Below, one piece after another: positions 31,521 to 41,816 of a stretch of 64,000 bases of DNA. Numbering within the stretch: position 1 is the stretch's first letter; every line of letters starts with the position of its first letter. Source of the stretch: a bacterium (GTDB lineage: Bacteria > UBA8248); contig CBDCRP010000003.1 of NCBI GenBank assembly GCA_965221165.1, positions 320,001-384,000 of the forward strand. The letters run 5' to 3'. The notes beneath the pieces were generated by a model. The model was not told the origin of the DNA, made no database searches, and saw nothing but the letters and a program-made list of their open reading frames with translations. The translations under genes were made by a program, and so were the position numbers.

Positions 31521-32690
31521 TTGAGAGTAGATTTTTTCGCATCCACCGCACGAGGATTGTTCCTGTCCCCCGAAAGCCCCTACGCGTTTCAGGCGGATTT
31601 CACGCCCGACCCGCAGCCAGTTCCCTCCAACGGAATCGCCCTGGGTGAAGTCGTCGATGTTCCCGAAAACGCTCCCATCAATCGCCTCGAGACGCTGGAG
31701 GCCCTCCCGGGAACGCAGGACGCGTGGAACACGAGTGAAACGAAGCTGCAGAAAAAAATGAACCTGGCCGTAGCGATTGGCGGGCGCTACGCGAATCGCA
31801 GCATTTCGGGCCGCGAGCCGGATACGCCCTCCCCACCCGGGACGGTACTGGACCTGCTGAACGTCGGCGGCGTCGCCGGGGTGTGCGGGAACCCCCAAAC
31901 GCCATGCGTGAAAATAGAAGTGAAAGGAAGCATTCCATTACGGGGGAAACCCGCCCAGCTTCCCCATCTGCCCGTCATCCCCGACACCCGGTGCCCCGTT
32001 GACGAGGAAGGAATCCCCGGCGCCCCCATCGTCTTGATCGCAGGCTCCGATATGGACGTGGGCAAAACGACCTGCGCGTCTTCTCTCGCTTCCGCCTTGC
32101 ACTCCTCGGGCATCCGCGCCTCATACGCGAAACTCACCGGAACGGGACGCATGCGGGATCTGATGGAGGTGAATTACGGGAGACCTCTCGGGTTTTTCGA
32201 TTCCACGAGACTCGGCTGGGATTTCGTCGATGCGGGTCTATCCTCCACTTGCGCCGTCTCGATCAGCAGAGTCAGGCGATGCGCCCAGAATCTGCTTCGC
32301 CACGCTTGTTCGAAAGCAGAGATTGTGATTGCGGAGTTGGCGGATTCCCCCTCCTCGGACGCCAGCCTCCACGTAGCGAGCGACCCCTGGGTGAAAAATT
32401 GGCTTGCGCGCAGAGGCTTGATCATCTGCGCATGTGATACGCTGGAATCAACGCTCATCGTTCATTTGATCCGAAGCCACCTGGAGGTGGAGGAGGAAAA
32501 CATGCTCATTTCCGGAAGACTCGCCAACGAAGAGCACGCACGCGAAGAGGCGTACCGCATGACGGGGATACGCGCCTTGAGTTGCATCGCTCCAAACCGC
32601 TCCTCTCTCGCCAACGACAAGGCCGTTGGCGGCGCAATTGCCGACTGGGTGGTCAAACATTTCATGCACCAGCGCAAATCCACGTTCTGA
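31521..32690 (+). CDS. DUF1611-like P-loop protein
   Basis: GSDMDVGKTT, AKLTGTG, DFVDAG, AELAD; N-terminal LLNVGGVAG. Confidence 0.7.
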   Translation: MRVDFFASTARGLFLSPESPYAFQADFTPDPQPVPSNGIALGEVVDVPENAPINRLETLEALPGTQDAWNTSETKLQKKMNLAVAIGGRYANRSISGREPDTPSPPGTVLDLLNVGGVAGVCGNPQTPCVKIEVKGSIPLRGKPAQLPHLPVIPDTRCPVDEEGIPGAPIVLIAGSDMDVGKTTCASSLASALHSSGIRASYAKLTGTGRMRDLMEVNYGRPLGFFDSTRLGWDFVDAGLSSTCAVSISRVRRCAQNLLRHACSKAEIVIAELADSPSSDASLHVASDPWVKNWLARRGLIICACDTLESTLIVHLIRSHLEVEEENMLISGRLANEEHAREEAYRMTGIRALSCIAPNRSSLANDKAVGGAIADWVVKHFMHQRKSTF

Positions 32691-32707
32691 GAATCAAGAG
32701 CGAAACC

Positions 32708-34324
32708 GTGCCCCCGCATAAGACATCAAATCATTCACCCATCGGCCGGGACCCTTCTCTCTACCATCTCACGCCCGATGCGAGCGGCGGCGTCTGGGAT
32801 TTATACCGGGTGAGCGAAGAATTCGATTCGCACCCCGGCGATTTGAACGAGACCCTGATCGACAGTCTCAATCACTGGGCGTCACGAGAGCCCGGGTTCG
32901 CAAATCTGCGCATCCGGGAAGACGCGCCGCCCACCCGGCGTCCGGGAGAAATCCTTTTGCTGGACGGCTCTCCGAGCCGACTGCCCCTCACCATGGAAAC
33001 GGCGCGGGTGATGAGCGCGCATTTGAACCGCCTGGGACTGTCCATCCCCGTCAGGGTTCTGAACCGCAGAGAAGAGCTTTTGGCGCGCGCCTCCAGGGCG
33101 CCCGGAGAACTGCTCGTCATCAGTCAGACGGCTCAAAGAAGCCTGTACGACGCCACCCTGGCAAAGGTTCTGGAGTCCCGGGGAGTCGTCGTCGCACCAG
33201 GGCCGCTCACCGCCCCCGGCGGACCGCTGTCGAACAAAAAAACCACTTATGAACTCTTGAATGGAAACGGTGCGAACGAGAAAAACCCGGCGGCGAATGG
33301 TCATGGGCATCGGCTGACGGCCGATTACGAGGTGGTGGAACTAAACGGTGGAGGGCCGGAAGGCGCCGCCGCCGCCATTTTGGATGCAGCGTCCGCACTG
33401 GCGAAGAAATGGGGTACGCGCACGTTCTTCGTCAAACCCCAGGAAGGCGGTGGCGGGCGCGGATGTTTTCGGCTCGATGTCTACCCCGGCGGATTCGGGC
33501 TTCCGGATTTAACCAAACTCGGAATCGCCGCGGACAAGATGATGCCCCTGCCCTTGTCTCTCGACCCCGAGAACCACGACCACCTCCAGGCGATAGGCTG
33601 GCTCGCAGATCGTTTCCAGGCCAGCCCGCCGACCTCGAAAGCCTACATCAAGACCCGAAAAGCGGGAGACGACGACTTCCCGGACGTTTTGGGGAAAATG
33701 CTCAAAAACTGCGCGCCCAGGCTCGAGTCCGGGCTGCGTGAGTCATCACGCTCCCGGGAAGATTCGATTCGCCTCCTGGCGAGCGCCATCGAGAACTACG
33801 AGCAGGCATTCGACGCCCGCTACCTCCCCTTGATATGCAACTGGATTGATTTCGGCCTGTTCAGCGTTCGAGTTCATCTCAGGCTCAGCCGTCAGGGACC
33901 GGTTGTGGAAACGCTATACGCCAGGCTGTTCCCGGTGGAGTTTTCCGATGATTCCATCGGTGTCGTCGGTGTGGACAGCATCACGAACCGCACCGAAGGT
34001 GGAATGGAACTGAACCGCTACGCGCCTTTGGTCCCCGCCCTGGTCGCATACGCGGGAGGCGCCGAGCAATTGTGCGAAAAGATTCGGGGCGCCTTCTATG
34101 CGTTTGCGCGCTTTTTGTCTCTCGTCGGCGCCTGTGAGCGCGGCAGAATTCCGGTTCGGGCCGAATTCGACCTCTCGCCACTGAACGGTCTGATCGCCGA
34201 GGGCAACGCCGACCCCGTCCGCGCCCAATGCGCCAACAGCCGTTGGGAGAGATTTTCCGAAAACTGCGTGGCGTGGGCGGAGGACGCCTTGTCGTTCTAC
34301 TCATGGAAATCTCAAAAATTCTAA
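32708..34324 (+). CDS. Divergent ATP-grasp-like protein
   Basis: SNKKTTYELL, FVKPQEGGGGRG loop, EFDL...AEGN; GTG start inferred. Confidence 0.6.
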   Translation: MPPHKTSNHSPIGRDPSLYHLTPDASGGVWDLYRVSEEFDSHPGDLNETLIDSLNHWASREPGFANLRIREDAPPTRRPGEILLLDGSPSRLPLTMETARVMSAHLNRLGLSIPVRVLNRREELLARASRAPGELLVISQTAQRSLYDATLAKVLESRGVVVAPGPLTAPGGPLSNKKTTYELLNGNGANEKNPAANGHGHRLTADYEVVELNGGGPEGAAAAILDAASALAKKWGTRTFFVKPQEGGGGRGCFRLDVYPGGFGLPDLTKLGIAADKMMPLPLSLDPENHDHLQAIGWLADRFQASPPTSKAYIKTRKAGDDDFPDVLGKMLKNCAPRLESGLRESSRSREDSIRLLASAIENYEQAFDARYLPLICNWIDFGLFSVRVHLRLSRQGPVVETLYARLFPVEFSDDSIGVVGVDSITNRTEGGMELNRYAPLVPALVAYAGGAEQLCEKIRGAFYAFARFLSLVGACERGRIPVRAEFDLSPLNGLIAEGNADPVRAQCANSRWERFSENCVAWAEDALSFYSWKSQKF

Positions 34325-34419
34325 GTTAGAATCAAGCGGTTCAGCATCGCCTATGTTCCTGGAACCTCAGAGGGCGAGATACGCGCGAACCCTCATCCGT
34401 CGCCCTAAAAGTGGTTGCC

Positions 34420-37400
34420 ATGGCGAAGTTCCTCAAAAAGGCATTCAACATCCAGCAGGAAGAACTGCTCGTTTTCTCCGTGTTCTTCCTGTTCTACTTC
34501 CTGATCGGGATCCAGTTCTCCATCGGCCTCACCGTATCCGAAGCATTGTTCCTCTCCGAAGTCGGCCCCGGTTTTCTCCCCTACATGTATATATTCAACG
34601 CGCTGGTGATTATTTTCATCAGCACTTTCTACTCCTCCCTGACCGAGAAGCTATCCATTCCGGCGATGTTCAAGGTCGTTTTGATTTTTTTCATCGCGCT
34701 CGTCTTCGGCATCAAGCTGCTCATCTTCGCCGATTTCCGCGCCTACGCCATGCCCATCGCATTCCCGCTTCTCCACACGCTGTTCGTGATGTTCACGAAC
34801 ATGCTGCCGAACAATTTCCGCGCCCTGTACGGGCAGTATCTCGACGTCCTGCAGTCTAAGCGGCTGGTTCCGATTATTCTGACGGGAGGCCGCTACGGCG
34901 GCATACTGGGCGGCCTGGCCATTCCGGTGCTCATTCCCGTCCTGGGGAGCGTCTCGAATCTGCTCTACGTGTGGATTGGAGCCATCATCATCAGCATCGG
35001 GGTGGTGCAATACGCCGAATGGCGGCTGCGCGACCACCTCATCGAGGATGCGCGTCCCAAAAAGCGCAAGACGACGAAGACGGCGTCGAGAGAAGGCAAT
35101 CTCGCACTCGTCAGGACGAACAGATACGTGTGCGCATTCGCCCTGTTCAGCTTCATCGTGGTGATTCTCAGAAGTTTTCAGGATTTTCAGTACAGCCTCG
35201 TCTTTCGTGAAGTCTTTGCCGATCGCGCGCAACTCGCCTCGTTTCTCGGGTATTTCACCGCCATCGGAAGCGCTTTTTCCCTTATCGTTCAAACGTTCAT
35301 CACCCCGCGCATCATCAAGCGGCTCGGCTTGGGCACGGCGAACCTCCTATACCCGCTGACCACCATCGTCGGCCTCATCGGCATGGCGATTTCGCCCGGC
35401 TTCTATTCCGCCGTTTTCCTGCGGTTCAACAACAAAAACCTCCAGGAATCCATCAGAAACGCCATCAACGCCCTGCTCTACAACGCCGTTTCCCCGTCGA
35501 TCCGCGCGCGGGTGGGCGCGTTCGTCGCAGGCCAGGTGGTCGCCGTGGCCAGCATCGTCAGCGGCGTCGCCCTGCTCATCATCAAGCCGACCGGCCTCGC
35601 TCTTTTCCCGCTCAGCCCCGGCTGGGTGGCTCTCATCTCTCTTTTCATCGCGTTCGCCTACCTGGCCACCGGCTTCTTCGTGCGCCATGAATACGGCGCC
35701 GCCCTGCGCAGGATGCTCGAAGAGAGAAATCTCGGGTTGTTCCGCTACGCCCAGGAGGGGTTCGGGCCGATTGACGATGAGAGCATGGCGATACTCGGAA
35801 GGAACATACGCGAGGGGGATGACGATCTGTGCGTCTTCACCGCCCAGATTATGGCCGATAGCGGCAGAAGGGAAACTTTCCAGATTATTCTCGAAGAAAT
35901 TCCCCGGCGGAAAGGATATGCGGCGGCCGAATTGCTGAAAATTCTCGCCAAGGTTCCCGGGGCCGAAGAAGGCGAGAAAATACGGGCTTTGCTGGAAGAA
36001 TATCTCACCTCAGAGGAGCCCGCCATTCAATGCGCCGCGATGGATGCGGCGGAAACTCTCGGGCTGAACGACGAGACGGCGGATTTGGTTCATGAGAATC
36101 TCGAGAGCCGCTCCCCGGAAGTCAGAGCACGCGCCGTTCAACTGCTGGTGCGCTCCGACGATCTGTTCTGGCTCGCCAACGGCCTGCAGACACTGCACCT
36201 GATGCTCAACGAAGAAGACCCGGCGGCCAGGGTTTGCGCCTTGCGATGTATGGGAGAACTCCAGAATCCGCGCTTCATCAAGCGGTTGATTCCCTATCTC
36301 TATCAGGAGGAGGAGAAAGTCCGCGAAGCCGCATTGGGGGCGATAGAATCATTGGCCATGAACCAGGAGGTCGATGAGGAGAAGATGGAGGAAGTCATCC
36401 GCGTGGCCACCTCGGACAAGAGCGCGGCGATCAGGCGCAGAGGGGTCCGGCAATTAGGCAACAATGGCGCGCGGGAGAATTTCGAGCTCACCCTCGCCGC
36501 CCTCTCTGACGTCGATTCGCTGGTGCGAGGAGAGGCCGTCGCCTCCCTGAAAAACATGAAACGCAAAGGAACCCTCTCTCTCGAAGGCTCCGCTCTGGTT
36601 TCATTCGTCGTCCCGTTTTTGTTCAAAAACGCAAAAAACGGCTCCCGGGAGATGAGCGCGCAGGAAATCGTCGATTCCCTCTCCGCATTCGCCGTGGAAC
36701 ACCTGAGGGAAGTGTACGACGTCATCAATCACCTCCACGTCATAGAGAGCCGGGAAAACGCATCCGCTTTCACGATGTTGAGAAAAGCGCTCGAAGACGT
36801 CGTCGAGGAAAGGCAGCTCGTCCTGCTGGAACTGCTGGGCGTGATTGGGGATGAGAAAACGGTGGACACCGTGGCGGAATCCCTCGCCCGGGGAGGTTCT
36901 TCCTCGAGAGCGATCGCCATCGAGACGCTCTCGAATTTCTCCTCGGCCGGCAATACGAGACTCTTGATTCTGGCTCTCGAGCCTTTGCTTCTCGGGAGTT
37001 CGACCGCCGATAAAGTTTCCGAAGGCAGGAAACTCTGGGAAATCCCCGAACAATCGATTGACGACGTGCTGAGGACATACGTGAATTCCGGGAACACGTG
37101 GCTCCGGGCCATCGCCATCGATGCGGCGGCGAAACACATCGAAAGCGAAGCCGGTGGCCCAACCGCCGAATGGTGCGCGCAATGCCGGGAGCGAGCGGCT
37201 GATGAGGACCCGTTCATCCGAGAGGCGGCGGTTGCCGCCTTGAGGATTATCGGGAAAGATGAAGACGGGGTTGAGGCGTTTTTGAGAACCATGGAGAATG
37301 ACGAGAGTCAACTGGTGCGCATTCAGGTGCGCCGCGAGCACACCCGTTATGGAGCACTTGGCGAAAATCTGTCCGGACAGGAGAAATTCATGCTCTCGAC

Positions 37401-37818
37401 CATTGAAAAAGCCCTGTTTCTCAAAGGCGTCAACATGTTCGAGACGATGAGCGCGGATGAACTGAAAATACTGAGCAACATTTCCAGGGAAGTCCAGATC
37501 CAGGAGGGAGCGGTTCTTTTCGAGCAGGGAGACCCCTGCGATTATCTCTATGTCATCGTCGACGGAGAAATAGAAATCATCCTGAACCAGGAGAGCGGAG
37601 AGCCGAAGGTACTGGCCACGCTCGGCCCTACGGCCTCCTTCGGGGAAATCGCGCTGTTCGGCGATGAGGGCAGAAGCGCAGGTGCGCGCGCGAGCAAGGA
37701 CGCCTCCCTGCTGGGCATCGAGAAAGACCCTCTTTTGCAACTGATCCACGAGCACCCCACCATCTCCATAGCCATTATCGGCCAACTCGCCAGCATCATT
37801 CGAAGCCAAAACGGATAG
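34420..37818 (+). CDS. NTT/TLC-like MFS transporter fused to HEAT repeats and a cNMP-binding domain
   Basis: About 12 TM N-terminus (ALFLSEVG..LP, QSKRL..I..GG..GGILGG), HEAT repeats (VRARAV, VREAA), C-terminal FGEIAL...RSA. Confidence 0.85.
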   Translation: MAKFLKKAFNIQQEELLVFSVFFLFYFLIGIQFSIGLTVSEALFLSEVGPGFLPYMYIFNALVIIFISTFYSSLTEKLSIPAMFKVVLIFFIALVFGIKLLIFADFRAYAMPIAFPLLHTLFVMFTNMLPNNFRALYGQYLDVLQSKRLVPIILTGGRYGGILGGLAIPVLIPVLGSVSNLLYVWIGAIIISIGVVQYAEWRLRDHLIEDARPKKRKTTKTASREGNLALVRTNRYVCAFALFSFIVVILRSFQDFQYSLVFREVFADRAQLASFLGYFTAIGSAFSLIVQTFITPRIIKRLGLGTANLLYPLTTIVGLIGMAISPGFYSAVFLRFNNKNLQESIRNAINALLYNAVSPSIRARVGAFVAGQVVAVASIVSGVALLIIKPTGLALFPLSPGWVALISLFIAFAYLATGFFVRHEYGAALRRMLEERNLGLFRYAQEGFGPIDDESMAILGRNIREGDDDLCVFTAQIMADSGRRETFQIILEEIPRRKGYAAAELLKILAKVPGAEEGEKIRALLEEYLTSEEPAIQCAAMDAAETLGLNDETADLVHENLESRSPEVRARAVQLLVRSDDLFWLANGLQTLHLMLNEEDPAARVCALRCMGELQNPRFIKRLIPYLYQEEEKVREAALGAIESLAMNQEVDEEKMEEVIRVATSDKSAAIRRRGVRQLGNNGARENFELTLAALSDVDSLVRGEAVASLKNMKRKGTLSLEGSALVSFVVPFLFKNAKNGSREMSAQEIVDSLSAFAVEHLREVYDVINHLHVIESRENASAFTMLRKALEDVVEERQLVLLELLGVIGDEKTVDTVAESLARGGSSSRAIAIETLSNFSSAGNTRLLILALEPLLLGSSTADKVSEGRKLWEIPEQSIDDVLRTYVNSGNTWLRAIAIDAAAKHIESEAGGPTAEWCAQCRERAADEDPFIREAAVAALRIIGKDEDGVEAFLRTMENDESQLVRIQVRREHTRYGALGENLSGQEKFMLSTIEKALFLKGVNMFETMSADELKILSNISREVQIQEGAVLFEQGDPCDYLYVIVDGEIEIILNQESGEPKVLATLGPTASFGEIALFGDEGRSAGARASKDASLLGIEKDPLLQLIHEHPTISIAIIGQLASIIRSQNG

Positions 37819-38043
37819 TCTCCGGGCAGGGTCGGCGAGGGGCATGGACACCCGCCGCCGCCTGCGGGAATCACCATGTATTCTCAGCGCATTCTTCCCG
37901 TATTCACAAGGAATTAGGCTAAATTAAAACTATTCGCACTATGGTTGACGCCCGCCCTGCCGATACCTATAATCAGCCGGATTTTAGCGAGGAAACCAGC
38001 AATTTCCGCTCAGAATGCCGGTGTGGGGGAGCATTTTTTCACA

Positions 38044-40956
38044 ATGCAAGGTCGAGACTTCAAGCCTCCGGAAGAGAAAACCAGTCCTATCCCGTTTTTC
38101 ATTCTAGGACTCATCATGGTCGCCGTAACGTTCTGGACCGTATGGGACGAAGCGTTCACGCGCAGACCCTGGAAACAGTACCAAAAAAAGTTCAACGCCT
38201 ATGAGAAAGCCCAGGTAGAGAAAGAACTAGCCGGTCTCAGAAAAGCCACCGGCTCCAGGGTTTCCGATCTCGACAAGAAAATCGCCGCCCAACAAGAAAA
38301 ACTCGCCGGCGACGCAGAACTCGAAAGCCTCAAGGAAGAACTCGCGAAGAGCGAACTCGACGCCTTCGAGAAAGTACAGGAGCTAGGCATCAGGAAAGCC
38401 CTCTACGATCAGTCCTACTTCTCTCTCCAGGAAGCCATCCGGCAAGGGCACGACAACCAGGCCGAGCAAAAAGAAGTCGATGAGGCCAAGGCCCTGCTCG
38501 ACCAGGCAAAGCCCCTCGCGGAAAAGGCGGAAGCCGCGAGAGACGCGATAAAGGCGAAGATCGCGGCCAAGGAAAAAGAACTGACGACGCTCGAGGCGAC
38601 GAGGCGACAGGCAGCGAGCGCGATTTCCTTCCAGGAACGGCGCCTCCAGGGCATCGCCCGCCGTACTTACGACATCGACCAGCTCGTCCTGCGCGAATAC
38701 GAGCGAAACAATTTCAACGAACCGGTGATGAAGGTGGAGCGGTGCCAGACGTGCCATCTGGGAATCAACAGGGCGGGCTTCGAAAACGCGCCGCAACCAT
38801 TCCGCACGCACCCCAAAAGACGCCTCTACCTCTCGAAGCATGAATTCAACAAAGTCGGCTGCACGCTTTGCCACGGCGGACAGGGGACGGCCGTCACCAG
38901 CGTCGATAAAGCCCACGGACACGTGCAATTCTGGGAAGACCCCCTTCTGCACGGCAGCGAATCGCAGACCAAATGCAAAAGTTGCCACACCGAAATCTTC
39001 AACATCCCGGAAGCGCCCAAAATTTCACGCGGAATCTCTCTCGTTCGGGAATTGGGGTGCAACGGCTGCCACACCCTGCCGGGCACGGAAGGCTTGCGCA
39101 AGGTGGGGCCTGACCTCTCGAGAATTCAGGAAAAAGTGGCCCCCGGCTGGCTCGTCTCCTGGGTCAAGAAACCGAAAGACTACAATCCGCGAACCCGCAT
39201 GCCTTATTTCAGCCTGACGGAGGAGGAAGCATTCGACATCTCCACATACGTCTGGCGGCAAGGCCCGCGGAAAGTGGAATCGGCCAAAATTCCGAATCTC
39301 GACGGCTCCGCGCAGATTCAAAATGGAAAGTCTATTTTTGAGTCCGTCGGGTGTCTGGGTTGTCACATCCGCAACGAAAAAGACCTGGAACTCGGCCCCC
39401 CGCTCGAGGGCGTGAACGGCAGACCCATCGTTTACCGCAACCGCGATTTCGCTCCGGCCCTGCAAAACATCGGCGCGAAGATTCAACCCGATTGGCTGTA
39501 CCGATGGCTCAAGAACCCCAAAGCGTACTGGCACGACACCAAAATGCCCAGCCTCCGCCTCTCGGATGAGGAAGCCCATGCGGTAACCTCCTACCTCGTC
39601 AGCCTCACGCCTCCCTCGAAGCGCCCGAAACCCCGGAAACTGGGGGACGCGGCTTCGTTCGAGCGAGGCAAGAAACTCGTGGCGACGCGCGGCTGCTTCG
39701 GCTGCCACGTCATCCCCGGTACGGAGACGCTCTCTAAAACCGGACCGGACCTGACCCGTTTCGCCGCCAAAAAGCCGTTCGAGCTCTCATTCGGCAACGT
39801 GGTCGACATGCCCCATACGTGGGAGTCATGGACGTTCGGCAAGCTGAAAAACCCGAAACTCTACCAGACGGAGCGCGAAACGCTCCTGATGCCGAATTTC
39901 GAATTCTCGGATGCGGAGGTTTCCTCCATGCGCACCCTGCTGCGTTCCATGATGCCGCACGGCGCGCCGCACAGCATTCACCAGGTACTCGACACCCGCG
40001 CGAAGCGAATCGAAAAAGGCCGCCGGATGATCGAGAAATACAATTGCAACGGCTGCCACGTCATCGAGAACTGGGGGGGCGACCTCCTCAGGCGTTATGA
40101 AGAGAAAACGAACGGCCCGCCCCTGCTGAACGGCGAGGGCAAAAAGGTGCAGCCCGAGTGGTTCTTCGGCTTCCTGCGCAACGTCGTGACGCTCAGGCCC
40201 TGGCTGAAGGTACGGATGCCCAGCTTCCAGATGCCGAATGAAGATGCAGCCGCGCTCGTGGATTACTTCGCCGCGCTGGACTCGAAACTCAACCCCTACA
40301 CCCATTTCGACGTCAAAACCGTGAGCGAGGAAAACCTGAAAGCCGGAAAAGAACTCTTCTCCAAAGCGGACTGCCTGGCCTGTCATGGAGAATCGCCGCC
40401 TCCAGCGGGGGAAGAACCTCCGACGGCGCCGAACCTCCTGTTCGCCAAGAACCGCCTCCGTTCGGACTGGATTGTCGATTGGCTCATATACCCGGGCAAG
40501 CTGCAGCCGGGAACCAAAATGCCCAACTTCTTCGAAGGCGCGGGCATTCAGGCCGAAATCCTAAAAGGGACCAGAGGCGAGAAGGAAGACGGGCAGTTCA
40601 CCTACGAGTTGGAGGCCAGCAAAGAAGCCGAACTGGCGGAAGAGCAGTTCGCCACCTTGCGGATCGGCGGCAACACCCACCTCGTGAAGGTGACGGGTCT
40701 CGATGAGAAAAAGGTGACCATCTCCTCCCCCACCGATCTGGGGAAAACCATCGGCAAGGCTACGATAGAGAGCCACGGCGAGCCCATCGACGAAGAACTC
40801 CTCGGTGGAGATGCGTACCGGCAAATTCGCGCGATGCGAGACTACCTGATGATCGAGAAGAATTTCGTAAAGGCCGCCGAATCCAGCGCCAAGAACGAAG
40901 CGCCCCGGACGGCGAAGCCCGAAAAAGAGGCCAAGGCGGACGCATCGCCAAGCTAA
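38044..40956 (+). CDS. Membrane-anchored octaheme cytochrome c with coiled-coil stalk
   Basis: 8 CxxCH motifs (CQTCH, CTLCH, CKSCH, CNGCH, CLGCH, CFGCH, CNGCH, CLACH); N-terminal TM followed by RPWKQYQ. Confidence 0.9.
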   Translation: MQGRDFKPPEEKTSPIPFFILGLIMVAVTFWTVWDEAFTRRPWKQYQKKFNAYEKAQVEKELAGLRKATGSRVSDLDKKIAAQQEKLAGDAELESLKEELAKSELDAFEKVQELGIRKALYDQSYFSLQEAIRQGHDNQAEQKEVDEAKALLDQAKPLAEKAEAARDAIKAKIAAKEKELTTLEATRRQAASAISFQERRLQGIARRTYDIDQLVLREYERNNFNEPVMKVERCQTCHLGINRAGFENAPQPFRTHPKRRLYLSKHEFNKVGCTLCHGGQGTAVTSVDKAHGHVQFWEDPLLHGSESQTKCKSCHTEIFNIPEAPKISRGISLVRELGCNGCHTLPGTEGLRKVGPDLSRIQEKVAPGWLVSWVKKPKDYNPRTRMPYFSLTEEEAFDISTYVWRQGPRKVESAKIPNLDGSAQIQNGKSIFESVGCLGCHIRNEKDLELGPPLEGVNGRPIVYRNRDFAPALQNIGAKIQPDWLYRWLKNPKAYWHDTKMPSLRLSDEEAHAVTSYLVSLTPPSKRPKPRKLGDAASFERGKKLVATRGCFGCHVIPGTETLSKTGPDLTRFAAKKPFELSFGNVVDMPHTWESWTFGKLKNPKLYQTERETLLMPNFEFSDAEVSSMRTLLRSMMPHGAPHSIHQVLDTRAKRIEKGRRMIEKYNCNGCHVIENWGGDLLRRYEEKTNGPPLLNGEGKKVQPEWFFGFLRNVVTLRPWLKVRMPSFQMPNEDAAALVDYFAALDSKLNPYTHFDVKTVSEENLKAGKELFSKADCLACHGESPPPAGEEPPTAPNLLFAKNRLRSDWIVDWLIYPGKLQPGTKMPNFFEGAGIQAEILKGTRGEKEDGQFTYELEASKEAELAEEQFATLRIGGNTHLVKVTGLDEKKVTISSPTDLGKTIGKATIESHGEPIDEELLGGDAYRQIRAMRDYLMIEKNFVKAAESSAKNEAPRTAKPEKEAKADASPS

Positions 40957-40970
40957 ACTTGAATTTCTCG

Positions 40971-41006
40971 AAAAAAAAAAGCGCCTTGAGTGAGGCGCTT
41001 TTTTTT
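40971..41006. terminator. Bidirectional intrinsic terminator
   Basis: A10-GCGCCT-TGAGTG-AGGCGC-T8 between convergent genes. Confidence 0.85.
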
Positions 41007-41694
41007 ATTCCATTTTTCGCCTTACCCTCTCCTCGTTGACGCGCTTGTGGGCTGCGCGTATCACCTCGGGCAGGCGGTACCGGCGAGTGGTCTCCAGCAC
41101 CCAGTGCACCGAACCTTCGATGTCGACCCCATGCCCGGGAGATACATATACGGGCTTCACGCCCCGCCTCGTCCTGAGAACGGCACCTACCCTCCGCCCA
41201 TCCGGCGCATGGAGGTATCGCCAATCCCCCTTCTCCTCGCCCGGCGGCTCTACGGCGTCGCCGAACAAGCGGCTTTTGGCGCACCCGATGGAAGGAAGCT
41301 CCAGGCGCAGGCCCAAGTGTGCGGCGATTCCGAGCCCCCTGGGATGGGCCGTGCCCTGGCCGTCGAAGATGACGAGGTCCGGTTTTTCGCCTAAACCCAA
41401 AAAAGCTTTTTCGAGCAGAAAACCTTCCCTGAAAGAGAGCAGCCCCGGCACGTAGGGGAATCGCAATTCCCCACCATAGAACGATTCATCGACAATCCGC
41501 ATGTCCGGCCAAGAGAAAACGACCACCCCGCCCACGCCGAACTTTCCGCGCCATTCACAAGAGACGTCCGCGCCCGCAATTGTTTTGGGCGGGCCCGACA
41601 GCGGGTGTAAGGCCAGGCGTTTTTGAAGCGCCTTTTGGACCCGAATCGCCTCGGCAGGTGCAATCTCCCAGGAATGGAGGAGCAAATCCGTCAT
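41005..41694 (-). CDS. nfi: Endonuclease V
   Basis: AGADVS, FPYVPGLLSFRE, DGQGTAHPRGLG, IGCAKSRL, YRLPE. Confidence 0.95.
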   Translation of the reverse strand: MTDLLLHSWEIAPAEAIRVQKALQKRLALHPLSGPPKTIAGADVSCEWRGKFGVGGVVVFSWPDMRIVDESFYGGELRFPYVPGLLSFREGFLLEKAFLGLGEKPDLVIFDGQGTAHPRGLGIAAHLGLRLELPSIGCAKSRLFGDAVEPPGEEKGDWRYLHAPDGRRVGAVLRTRRGVKPVYVSPGHGVDIEGSVHWVLETTRRYRLPEVIRAAHKRVNEERVRRKME

Positions 41695-41816
41695 GTATGC
41701 GTCATCGATTCATGAAGCGGGCCGGAAGTTCGCGCGCCGTTTTTGTTGGCGGCGAAAGGTTTATGGATGCCTGTCCGGATGAAACGCCGTCGCTCCGGCT
41801 CAGAGAGAAACAGGGC

